From assembly GCA_013202715.1 (NCBI GenBank), contig JABMRF010000007.1, positions 8,566-72,565 on the forward strand: a stretch of DNA of 64,000 nucleotides, given 5' to 3'. The DNA comes from Candidatus Kuenenbacteria bacterium (lineage in GTDB: Bacteria; Patescibacteriota; Patescibacteriia; UBA11705; JABHMO01). Shown here one piece after another: positions 37,097 to 45,349 of this stretch; within the stretch, counting starts at the first letter, position 1; each line of letters starts with the position of its first letter. A program made the translations under genes and the position numbers. The notes under the pieces were generated by a model that was not told where the DNA came from, did no database searches, and saw only the letters and a program-made list of their open reading frames with translations.

Positions 37097-37757
37097 CTGC
37101 CCCACTTTAGTGGTTTCAACTCCCTCTCATTGTGTTTTTGCTATGGGCTATAAATATTACCCTAACAACATGTATTTTATTACTTATAAAACCTTCATGG
37201 GAAAAAAGTTTTTTGATACAGATGAGAAAAAGGGGATAATTACAGGGCAAATCAAAAAAGCTCAAGAAAAATTAGAATTGGATGTAAGAGCTTTTGCTGT
37301 GATGTCTAATCACTATACTATCATCTTCTAGTTAAATGTATTTATGGATTAAATATTACAAAGTCTTTACAATTGATAAATGGCGGCGGATCCTTTTTGC
37401 TTAAAAAAATAACAGGAATTCATCAAAGTTTATGGGGAGAAGAAAAATTTAGCAAACTTCTCTATGATGAAGATTCTTATTGGCGAGTTTTTGTATATAT
37501 TATTGGTAATCCATTGAAACATAATTTAGTGAAGGATTTAAACGAATTAGAAAATTATAAACATTGTAATTATGGAGAACGCCTAAAAGAGTCTGATAAG
37601 GAGTCTTTGCATAATTTAATTTTGGAAAATCAGAAATTTGATTTTGAAACAGACGAGGCCTGGAAGAAGTTATATGGTAGTGCGGAAGAAACCACTAAAG
37701 TGGGGCAGAAATTGTTTAATTAGGATTGGTGTGGAAGAAACCACTAAAGTGGGGCAG
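37097..37757 (+). mobile_element. degraded REPtron-like element: RAYT/IS200-like Y1 transposase remnant flanked by inverted REP-like palindromes (CCACTAAAGTGG core)
   Basis: left ctgccccactttagtggtttc (37097-37117) is the reverse complement of right gaaaccactaaagtggggcag, present twice (37686-37708, 37734-37757). Confidence 0.6.
37110..37723 (+). pseudogene. RAYT/IS200-like tyrosine (Y1) transposase, disrupted by frameshift (two ORFs 37110-37331 and 37373-37723)
   Basis: …LDVRAFAVMSNHYTIIF* (HxH-like motif, cf. …YAYCLMPNHVHLL) then …SLWGEEKFSKLLYDEDSYWRVFVYIIGNPLKHNLV… (Y-containing C-terminal half) in a different frame. Confidence 0.55.
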
Positions 37758-38007
37758 AAATTTATTTATATGCTCGAACAAATCAACCAACAAATTGAAG
37801 TTTTAGTTGCATTTATGAAGGGCAAGGTCCTCCCCTTGTCTTTTTGTTGGAATGATAAAAAGTACAGCATCAACAAAGTCAATTTAGTTCACAGTGAAAG
37901 AATTGGCCGTGATAAATATTATTATTTTTCAGTGAGCGCAGGCGAGGATTATTTTAAATTACAATTTAATACCGAAAACAACAAATGGTTGCTAGCCGAA
38001 GCGTATT

Positions 38008-39222
38008 ATGCCAGCTAGAATTATTTTCCACATCGACATGGACTCTTATTTCGCGACCGTTGAACAGCAAGCCCGACCCTATCTTCGAGGCAAGCCAATT
38101 GTGGTCAGTGGAAAGGAGGGATCTCGGAGCGTGATTGTTGCTTCTTCAAAAGAAGCAAAAAAGTTGGGCGTCAAAACTGCCATGCTGCATCACGAAGCTA
38201 GAAAGCTTTGTCCGAACTTAACTTTTGTAGAAGGCGATGGTGTGAAATACGGATATTTATCTGGGCAAATGATTGAGGTTTTCAAGAATTATACAGATAA
38301 GGTTGAGGTTTTTAGTATAGACGAAGCTTTTCTTGATATGACTGGCCATTGTCAAAGTTTCAAACAGGCAATCGATAAAGCAAAGCAAATAAAAGCACAC
38401 GTCAAACAGAAACTTGGAGAGTGGGTAACTGCCTCGGTTGGAATAGCGAATAATAAACTGCTCGCCAAATTAGCATCAGGACTAGATAAGCCGGACGGCT
38501 TATTTTTGATTGACCAAAATAATTTGGATCAAGTCTTAAAAAAAATAAAACTAACTGACTTTTGTGGCATCGGAAAGAGAACTGAAAGTAATTTAGCGCA
38601 GTTAGGAATTGATAGCATTGAAAAATTGCAATCGTGGAAGCTCGACCCCTTGGTCAAAGTTTTTGGGCCGTCTTATGGAAATAAGCTTTATAATATGGCG
38701 CGCGGGATTTGTCATGATCCGGTTGTGTCTTATTTGAACCGACCTGAAGCGAAATCAGTCGGCCGGTCATATACTCTATCAAAAAATACTTATGATAAAC
38801 AAGAAATACTGACAGTTTTGTTACATTTGTGTGAAAAGGTGGGTCGCGAGCTTCGCCGAAAAAAATTGGCCGGCAAAACCGTAGTTGTTTACTGGCGATA
38901 TGAGGATTTTACTCATGCCGGAGCTCGGAAAACTTTTTTGGGTTACTTGAATGATAGCCAAGCCTTTTTTAATCTTGGAGAAGATCGAATTAAGAAATAT
39001 ATATTTCCCAAGGCCGTTCGCTTGGTCGGTATTCATGTCAGTAACCTGATCAAGGATTATAAACAGCTCCCGCTCTGGCTCGGCGAGAGAAAACAAATTG
39101 AACTTTTGCCAGCACTGGACAAAATAAATGATACTTATGGTGAATTGACAATCAAGCCGGCATATTTATTGAAATTAAAAAGGTTGAAGAAAAAAGTGGG
39201 TGGATTTAAGCTGCCTGATTAA
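38008..39222 (+). CDS. dinB: DNA polymerase IV (Y-family, DinB)
   Basis: IIFHIDMDSYFATVEQ…SIDEAFLDMTG… catalytic motifs. Confidence 0.9.
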   Translation: MPARIIFHIDMDSYFATVEQQARPYLRGKPIVVSGKEGSRSVIVASSKEAKKLGVKTAMLHHEARKLCPNLTFVEGDGVKYGYLSGQMIEVFKNYTDKVEVFSIDEAFLDMTGHCQSFKQAIDKAKQIKAHVKQKLGEWVTASVGIANNKLLAKLASGLDKPDGLFLIDQNNLDQVLKKIKLTDFCGIGKRTESNLAQLGIDSIEKLQSWKLDPLVKVFGPSYGNKLYNMARGICHDPVVSYLNRPEAKSVGRSYTLSKNTYDKQEILTVLLHLCEKVGRELRRKKLAGKTVVVYWRYEDFTHAGARKTFLGYLNDSQAFFNLGEDRIKKYIFPKAVRLVGIHVSNLIKDYKQLPLWLGERKQIELLPALDKINDTYGELTIKPAYLLKLKRLKKKVGGFKLPD

Positions 39223-39264
39223 ATATGCTATAATGTGGTCAGATAACACATAACTTTTTGTCCT

Positions 39265-39351
39265 ATGAAATGCAAAAAATGTAGATGTCAGACGTGTAAA
39301 TGCAAATCCAAATGCACAGATTGTGACTGTAAACCCTGTAAGTGTAAATAA
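39265..39351 (+). CDS. 28-aa Cys/Lys-rich peptide (MKCKKCRCQTCKCKSKCTDCDCKPCKCK), metallothionein-like
   Basis: not in ORF track (<60 aa); 10 Cys in CxC/CxxC spacing; extended -10 TGCTATAAT at 39226-34 and hairpin terminator 39362-39395. Confidence 0.3.
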   Translation: MKCKKCRCQTCKCKSKCTDCDCKPCKCK

Positions 39352-39425
39352 CGGTATTTGAAGGAGTGACTTAACCACAATTCGCTCCTTTTGTTTTACA
39401 AAGAATTTTGCTATAATCTGACTAT

Positions 39426-40385
39426 ATGAAACAACCTGAAATTAACAAATTTTTAGCCAAATTGCTTGGTCAGGGTTTAGTTTACGCTCCAGTGAGAAAA
39501 GGGCCGGTTGTTTTGGTTGAACAAGTCGACTCGATTGATAGAATTGATTGGTCGGGCGATATACCGATTACAACTTTTAAATCTGTTTTTCTTCCACCAA
39601 AGGAAGTTCTGTTTGATAATAATAAAGCGGAGTTTGCAGACAAAATAAAAAAATTCGCCTGGGGTATGAATGTTCTTGACCTTCAGGCTTTTAGTTTATT
39701 TGAACAGGTTTTTGAAAAAGATATCTATTATCAGAAGCGACGACAAAATATTTTCATTATTGGATTTACAAATGGAATTGAAGACGATTTTCGAAAGTAT
39801 AAAGTCTTCCATCAAAAGTATGAGGAGAATGTCCTTGAGCATTTGATTTTTGATGTCTTCATCGAGCGACAGAAAAATGGCAACATGATTGTGTTTTCTG
39901 GTTCTGAAAAAGGACAACAGTTGCTCGAACAAAACGGAATCAAGGATTATGAAAATATCGAGTTTGCCGGATTAGTTCCTGAACAAGGAATTAATCCCAT
40001 AATTACTCGAAATCGTCAGGCAGTTGAGCTTGGTCGTGATAATCCAATTTGGGATGAGCTGGCAGAAATCTGTTTAGCTTGCGGGAAATGTTCAATCCAC
40101 TGCCCAACCTGTTTTTGTTTTGATGAGAAGGATCAGGCTGAGTTTGATTCTGTAAAAAAGGTCCGACAGTGGGGATCTTGCTTTTACCCTGAATTTTCAA
40201 AGACTGCCGGTGGAAACAAGGACTTGGATTCAGTGAAAAAGAAATTATATTTTTGGTACGAACATAAATTTGTGAGGATTCCTGATGAATTTAGTTATTA
40301 TGGCTGTGTGAGTTGTATGAGATGTTTCAAGGTTTGTCCTGTGGAAATAAATATTGCCAAGAATCTGCAAGCATTAAATAAATAA
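39426..40385 (+). CDS. hydB: group 3b [NiFe]-hydrogenase β subunit (2×[4Fe-4S] ferredoxin-like, HydB-like)
   Basis: CLACGKCSIHCP and CVSCMRCFKVCP cluster motifs; operon context. Confidence 0.65.
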   Translation: MKQPEINKFLAKLLGQGLVYAPVRKGPVVLVEQVDSIDRIDWSGDIPITTFKSVFLPPKEVLFDNNKAEFADKIKKFAWGMNVLDLQAFSLFEQVFEKDIYYQKRRQNIFIIGFTNGIEDDFRKYKVFHQKYEENVLEHLIFDVFIERQKNGNMIVFSGSEKGQQLLEQNGIKDYENIEFAGLVPEQGINPIITRNRQAVELGRDNPIWDELAEICLACGKCSIHCPTCFCFDEKDQAEFDSVKKVRQWGSCFYPEFSKTAGGNKDLDSVKKKLYFWYEHKFVRIPDEFSYYGCVSCMRCFKVCPVEINIAKNLQALNK

Positions 40386-40425
40386 AAAAAATCGCGCCCA
40401 AGATTGAGCGCGAAGTGGTTGTAGG

Positions 40426-40734
40426 TTATGGAAGCTGTTTTGATAGATCCTGATAGAACTTGTCTAACAGTTCATCCTCACTTTCAAATCCGGCAACAGC
40501 ATTGCCATGGTCTAGTTGCCAAGAAACATCAAACATACCGTTGTGAAAAATAAATCCAAGTTCGAACTCAGCAGTGTCCGGTTCACAACAGTACCAGGCT
40601 TGAAGACTTTTTCTGTTTTCTTGAAAGGCTTTTAAGATGTCCTCTCTTGTTTCAGAAGAGTTTGTCAATAGTTGTTTTGCCCTTTCCAGCAGTTTCATTC
40701 CCAAACATTCAACGATACTTTTTTGGTCATTCAT
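40426..40734 (-). CDS. hypothetical acidic protein (102 aa) antisense to hydrogenase operon
   Basis: only minus-strand ORF within the hyd cluster; no family recognised. Confidence 0.4.
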   Translation of the reverse strand: MNDQKSIVECLGMKLLERAKQLLTNSSETREDILKAFQENRKSLQAWYCCEPDTAEFELGFIFHNGMFDVSWQLDHGNAVAGFESEDELLDKFYQDLSKQLP

Positions 40735-40857
40735 GTTCGCCTCTCCAACTAGAGTAAGTTTAGTATTATATCATATAAATTGACCATTAGTGAATTATAT
40801 CACATAAAATTTATTTTGTCAATGGAGGATTATCTCGTTGTCTAATTTTACCAAAAA

Positions 40858-41655
40858 ATGAAGAATATTTACGAATTAAAACCGGCCCATGTTACAAAAG
40901 TAATTAAAGAAAATTCGATTACTAATACTTTTAATTTTAAATTAAAGAATCAAAATGAGTTCAAATTTTTAGCTGGCCAGTTTATGATGATTGGTGTGCC
41001 GGGATTTGGCGAGTGTCCGATTTCTATTTCATCCAATCCAAAGGACTCTACAAGGCATTTTAGTTTAACAATCCGAAGTGTTGGGGAATTGAGCGGTAAG
41101 TTAAATTCCCTTAAAGTTGGCGATAACGTTCTTGTGCGTGGTCCATTTGGAAATGGCTTTCCAGAAGTTACCAAAAATTTGATTCTGATTGGTGGCGGGT
41201 GTGGATTTATTCCACTTAGAAGTGTGTTTGAAGAAAATCGAAACCGTAAAGACATTAAACTTCAGGTTTTAGTTGGTTGTGCGACTCAGGATTCATTAGT
41301 ATTTAAAAGAGAATATTTAAAAATAAAAAATAAACACGATTTTGGATTAATTTTGGAACATGAAACAATGCCGGGATTTGCCAGACAAAAAGGATTTGTG
41401 ACGGATCTAATTAAGAAGAAAAAGCTGTTAAAAGATGCGCAAATCTTTGTTTGCGGGCCAGAGGTAATGTACAAGTTTGTTGCCAAGGAATTACTGGCAA
41501 AAAAAGTTGATCCAGCCAATATGTTTTTTTCACTTGAAAAAAGAATGCACTGCGGAGTTGGCGTTTGTCAACATTGCGCCATAGGAACAAAGTATGTTTG
41601 CAAGGATGGTCCTGTATTTTCGTATGATTTTTTGAAATTAAGTAAGTATTTATAA
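40858..41655 (+). CDS. hydG: group 3b hydrogenase γ subunit (FAD/NAD(P)-binding + C-terminal [2Fe-2S], PyrK/HydG-like)
   Basis: ferredoxin-NADP reductase-like fold; C-terminal CGVGVCQHCA cluster. Confidence 0.65.
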   Translation: MKNIYELKPAHVTKVIKENSITNTFNFKLKNQNEFKFLAGQFMMIGVPGFGECPISISSNPKDSTRHFSLTIRSVGELSGKLNSLKVGDNVLVRGPFGNGFPEVTKNLILIGGGCGFIPLRSVFEENRNRKDIKLQVLVGCATQDSLVFKREYLKIKNKHDFGLILEHETMPGFARQKGFVTDLIKKKKLLKDAQIFVCGPEVMYKFVAKELLAKKVDPANMFFSLEKRMHCGVGVCQHCAIGTKYVCKDGPVFSYDFLKLSKYL

Positions 41656-41667
41656 CTCTGAATTATT

Positions 41668-42141
41668 ATGAACATCATTTATAAGGAAAAAGTTCCAACT
41701 TATGTTTTTGTAACGGCAATTTTACTCATTACCTGTATTATTTTATTAATTATTTTAATGTCACAGCTCACCAGCAAGCCGATTGTGCTGGATCTGGGCG
41801 GAAAAGTTATTTTGTTGATTGTTTTGATTTTTAATATCGTAGTTTTGTTTTATTTTCGTGAACTGGTTATTATTGTTACTGAGAGCAGAATTCTGTTTGG
41901 TTTTGGGAAGTTTAGAAAAAAGTTTTATACCGGAAATATTGAAAGTATTGAGATTGACGATTATAAATTTTCAAATTATCTTGGCTATGGTATTCGATAT
42001 GGTCGTGATAAATCAATCGGCTATGTTCCCCGTGGTGGCAAAGGACTGAGAATGAAATTCAAAAATGAAAAGCGGATTTATTTTTTCTCAACTGACAGAC
42101 CTGATGAACTGAAGTTGCTTTTGGAAAAATATATTAAATAA
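41668..42141 (+). CDS. hypothetical membrane protein (2 TM + soluble C-domain)
   Basis: inserted between hydG and hydD. Confidence 0.45.
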   Translation: MNIIYKEKVPTYVFVTAILLITCIILLIILMSQLTSKPIVLDLGGKVILLIVLIFNIVVLFYFRELVIIVTESRILFGFGKFRKKFYTGNIESIEIDDYKFSNYLGYGIRYGRDKSIGYVPRGGKGLRMKFKNEKRIYFFSTDRPDELKLLLEKYIK

Positions 42142-42143
42142 TT

Positions 42144-42896
42144 ATGAAAAAAAGTAAAGTCAAAATCGGAATTTTTCCACTTACTGGCTGTGAAGGATGC
42201 TGTGTGGCGATTTTAGATTTGCCGGGAAAACTTTTAGAATTGCAAAGTAAGATTGAAATTGTTAACTTTCGTTTAATGGAAGAGGAAAGTCATTTGGAAA
42301 CAGAATCGTATGATATTGTTTTTGTCGAGGGTAGTCCGCTGACAGTGCATGACATTCAACTCTTGAAGCGTGTTCGAAAGCATTCAAAATATGTTATTTC
42401 AATCGGCTCTTGTGCTCACATAGGTGGAATTTATCATATGAAGCAGTATCATGATACAGATAAGATTCATAATTATGTTTATCGTGGAAAAAAAGGAATT
42501 GAAAATATTGATGTAAAACCACTAAGTGCATACGTTAAAGTCGATTTTGCACTGCCAGGATGTCCAATTACCGGCGAAGAGTTTTACGATTTTGTTTATC
42601 AACTCTTAATTGGTAAAGCGCCAAGTATTACTCAAAATCCGGTTTGCTATGAATGTCAAATCCAGGGCAATCAATGTTTATTGCAGCATGGCGATGTTTG
42701 CCTGGGTCCAATAACGCAGGGAGGCTGCTCAGCAATTTGTCTCAAATCAAAACAAGGCTGTTGGGGGTGTCGAGGCTTGGTTGAAGATGCAGAAGTGAGT
42801 AACTTAGTAAAAAAATTAAGAGAAAAATATTCGGATAAAGAAATTGCAAAGTTTTTTGAGGTGTTTGGGGTAAAAGAAATGATAAATAAAAAATGA
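42144..42896 (+). CDS. hydD: [NiFe]-hydrogenase small (δ) subunit
   Basis: GIFPLTGCEGCCVAILD… NuoB-like FeS-binding N-terminus, further Cys clusters. Confidence 0.75.
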   Translation: MKKSKVKIGIFPLTGCEGCCVAILDLPGKLLELQSKIEIVNFRLMEEESHLETESYDIVFVEGSPLTVHDIQLLKRVRKHSKYVISIGSCAHIGGIYHMKQYHDTDKIHNYVYRGKKGIENIDVKPLSAYVKVDFALPGCPITGEEFYDFVYQLLIGKAPSITQNPVCYECQIQGNQCLLQHGDVCLGPITQGGCSAICLKSKQGCWGCRGLVEDAEVSNLVKKLREKYSDKEIAKFFEVFGVKEMINKK

Positions 42897-42899
42897 TTT

Positions 42900-43349
42900 A
42901 TGGATAAAAAATTTCCAAAGGTGGGAATGGGGGTTATGATAATGCGTGATAATAAAGTTTTACTTGGTCTGCGTCAGGGTTCACATGGGGCAGGTGAATG
43001 GTCATTTCCTGGTGGGCATTTAGACTTTGGTGAATCTCTATTTACAGGTATCAAACGTGAGGCGATGGAAGAGACCGGATTAGAAATTGATGATTTGGAA
43101 GTAGTATCAGTTTCTGATGATTTTCGATACATTAAATCTGATGGAAAGCATCATTTAACGGTTGGAGTAAGAGCTAATTCGGTTGAAGGTGAATCCAGAA
43201 TCATGGAGCCTAATAAATGTCAGGAATGGCGCTGGTTTGGCTTGGAGGAATTACCAGAAGACTTGTTCGAAGCAACAGAAACAATGATTAATAATTACAA
43301 AAATAACCGACTTTATAAAGAAAATATTGATAATTATGAAAACCATTAA
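42900..43349 (+). CDS. NUDIX hydrolase
   Basis: Nudix box GGHLDFGESLFTGIKREAMEETGL. Confidence 0.8.
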   Translation: MDKKFPKVGMGVMIMRDNKVLLGLRQGSHGAGEWSFPGGHLDFGESLFTGIKREAMEETGLEIDDLEVVSVSDDFRYIKSDGKHHLTVGVRANSVEGESRIMEPNKCQEWRWFGLEELPEDLFEATETMINNYKNNRLYKENIDNYENH

Positions 43350-44598
43350 AATAAATCACATCGCTAAAACTGAAGGCCACCTAAGTTTTGTCGGCGCTAT
43401 GCTGGACAATAATTTTGCGCAGGCACATATTGAAACTGAGGAAGGCGCGCGCTTGATTGAAGGAATCTTGCTGGGCCGGAAATATTACGAGGCACCGATC
43501 ATAACTTCCAGAATTTGCGGAGTTTGTCCGATTGTGCACAATCTAACTTCAATCAAAGCAATGGAAAGTGCTTTGAATGTCAAGGTCACACCGGAAATAA
43601 TATTGCTCAGAAAAATTCTAGAAAATGCGCAGATAATTCACAGCCATGCTATCCATGCTTACTTTTTTTCCTTTCCGGATATTATTGGCGTTTCTAATAA
43701 TTTCAATTTGATAAATAAATTTCCCAAGGAGTCGAAAATTGCGCTCGAAGTACGAGATTGGGGCGTGCAATTGGCTCGAATTATCGGTGGCAGAACTGTG
43801 CATCCGATCAATAGCGTGATTGGTGGGTTCAACGTTGAGCCGGATTTGAAAGAGCTTGATGAATTTATGGCTATGAAAGATGAAGTTTTGAAAAAGGCGG
43901 CTCAGATCTACAATTTTGTAATTAAGTACAAGCTTCCTAAATTTCAGCGACCGACAAATTATGTTAGCCTGAAATCAAATAGTGAGTACGCTGTTTATGA
44001 TGGCAAAATATATTTTTCAGACAACAAGAGCTATGATTCAGCGGAAACATTTTTGAGGGATGTGCAGGAAATAGTTTTACCTCATGAAAAGGTAAAGCGA
44101 ACGCAACATTTGGAGCGTGCCTTTATGGTCGGCGCACTGGCGCGACTGAATAACAGTTTTGACCAATTAAATCCAGAAGCCAAGAAGGCTTGGAACAAAT
44201 TGAAAATTAAACTGCCATGTTACAATTCATTTTATAATATTTTGGCGCAGGTGGTTGAAATTGTAAATTGTATTGAGGAACTCGAGAAGGATTATAAGCT
44301 ATATAAGAAAATCAGCGACAAGAAATTGTTGGTTGAAGTCAAACCGCGATCCGGAAAGGGATACGCAGTGATGGAAGCTCCTCGTGGACTTTTGTATCAT
44401 GAATATGAATTAAATGCGCAGGGAAATATTTTGCACTGCAATGTGATTACACCAACTGCCATGTTTTTGGCCAACTTGGAAAAGGATCTGGAACAGTTAT
44501 TGCCACAAATCAAAAATTATTCTGACAAAAAACAAAAAGATTTGATCAAAACCTTAATTCGCGCCTATGATCCTTGCATCAGTTGCGCAACCCATTAG
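43336..44598 (+). CDS. hydA: [NiFe]-hydrogenase large (α) subunit
   Basis: N-terminal RICGVCPIVH (RxCGxCxxxH) and C-terminal DPCISCATH (DPCxxCxxH) Ni-Fe ligands. Confidence 0.85.
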   Translation: MKTIKINHIAKTEGHLSFVGAMLDNNFAQAHIETEEGARLIEGILLGRKYYEAPIITSRICGVCPIVHNLTSIKAMESALNVKVTPEIILLRKILENAQIIHSHAIHAYFFSFPDIIGVSNNFNLINKFPKESKIALEVRDWGVQLARIIGGRTVHPINSVIGGFNVEPDLKELDEFMAMKDEVLKKAAQIYNFVIKYKLPKFQRPTNYVSLKSNSEYAVYDGKIYFSDNKSYDSAETFLRDVQEIVLPHEKVKRTQHLERAFMVGALARLNNSFDQLNPEAKKAWNKLKIKLPCYNSFYNILAQVVEIVNCIEELEKDYKLYKKISDKKLLVEVKPRSGKGYAVMEAPRGLLYHEYELNAQGNILHCNVITPTAMFLANLEKDLEQLLPQIKNYSDKKQKDLIKTLIRAYDPCISCATH

Positions 44599-44642
44599 TC
44601 ATGAATCCTGAAACATGAAACATAAATCATAGGGCTTGAGGT

Positions 44643-45020
44643 TTGAAACATGAAGCAATTACTTATATGATTGAAACATATCACCAAGCATTAAGGAAAA
44701 AAATGAATGATTATGCTCATTTGGTTTATAAGATCACAAGGGACTTTCCAAGAGAGGAATTGTACGGTGTTACAAGTCAGTTGAGAAGAGCTTCTCTTTC
44801 GGTAATTTTAAATTATATTGAGGGATATGCTCGGATTAAGGATAAAGTGCATAAGAATTTTTTAGAGATATCCTATGGTTCCTTGAAAGAATCTGATTAT
44901 TTGTTGGAATTTTCAAAAGACGAAAAGTATATCAATAGCGACCAAGATTATATAGTAGCCAGAAAGCTAGCAGATGAAATTGGCGCTATGCTTTGGTCTA
45001 CAATAAAAGGACTCGATTAA
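44643..45020 (+). CDS. four-helix-bundle protein (TIGR02436 family), copy 2, flanked by inverted repeats
   Basis: …ELYGVTSQLRRASLSVILNYIEGYAR……SLKESDYLLEF…; flanks 44599-44642 / 45021-45088 share CATGAAACAT-type words in inverted orientation. Confidence 0.6.
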   Translation: MKHEAITYMIETYHQALRKKMNDYAHLVYKITRDFPREELYGVTSQLRRASLSVILNYIEGYARIKDKVHKNFLEISYGSLKESDYLLEFSKDEKYINSDQDYIVARKLADEIGAMLWSTIKGLD

Positions 45021-45088
45021 AGACATAAAATGTGAATCGTTGTTAACATTTATGATTCAAGTTTTATGCTTCATGTTCCAAGACTAAT

Positions 45089-45349
45089 ATGCATGATTTA
45101 CATGTTGCTGACAAAATTCACAAACTTGTTATTGAACAAGCACAAAAAAATAACCTTAAACAAGTTAAAAGTGTTATAATTGATTTAGGTTCAGTAATTG
45201 AGCACGGTGCTGATATTAGTTCGGAAAATTTGGAATTCAATTTAAAAATGCTCAGCAAAAATACGATTGCCGAAAACGTGAAAGTTAAGATAAATCGAGT
45301 GGACGGCAATTCATGGAAGTTAATTTCAATAACTGGCGATGAAAAATAA
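45089..45349 (+). CDS. hypA: HypA-like hydrogenase Ni-insertion protein, N-terminal domain only (no Zn-binding Cys)
   Basis: MHDLHVADKI… (MHE-type Ni-binding N-terminus); 86 aa, zero cysteines. Confidence 0.45.
   Translation: MHDLHVADKIHKLVIEQAQKNNLKQVKSVIIDLGSVIEHGADISSENLEFNLKMLSKNTIAENVKVKINRVDGNSWKLISITGDEK

Noticed and set aside
37686-37757. Two ~30-bp direct repeats 48 bp apart (possible mini-CRISPR)
   Set aside because: Only two copies. Each contains the REP-like palindrome that also occurs inverted at 37097-37117, flanking a transposase remnant. Explained as REP/RAYT element ends, not CRISPR.
37771-38018. 82-aa ORF (MLEQINQQIEV…AEAYYAS) between the REP copies and dinB, overlapping dinB start by 11 nt
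   Set aside because: Begins inside the REP repeat and has no SD or homology. It could be real but evidence is insufficient, so it is left unannotated.
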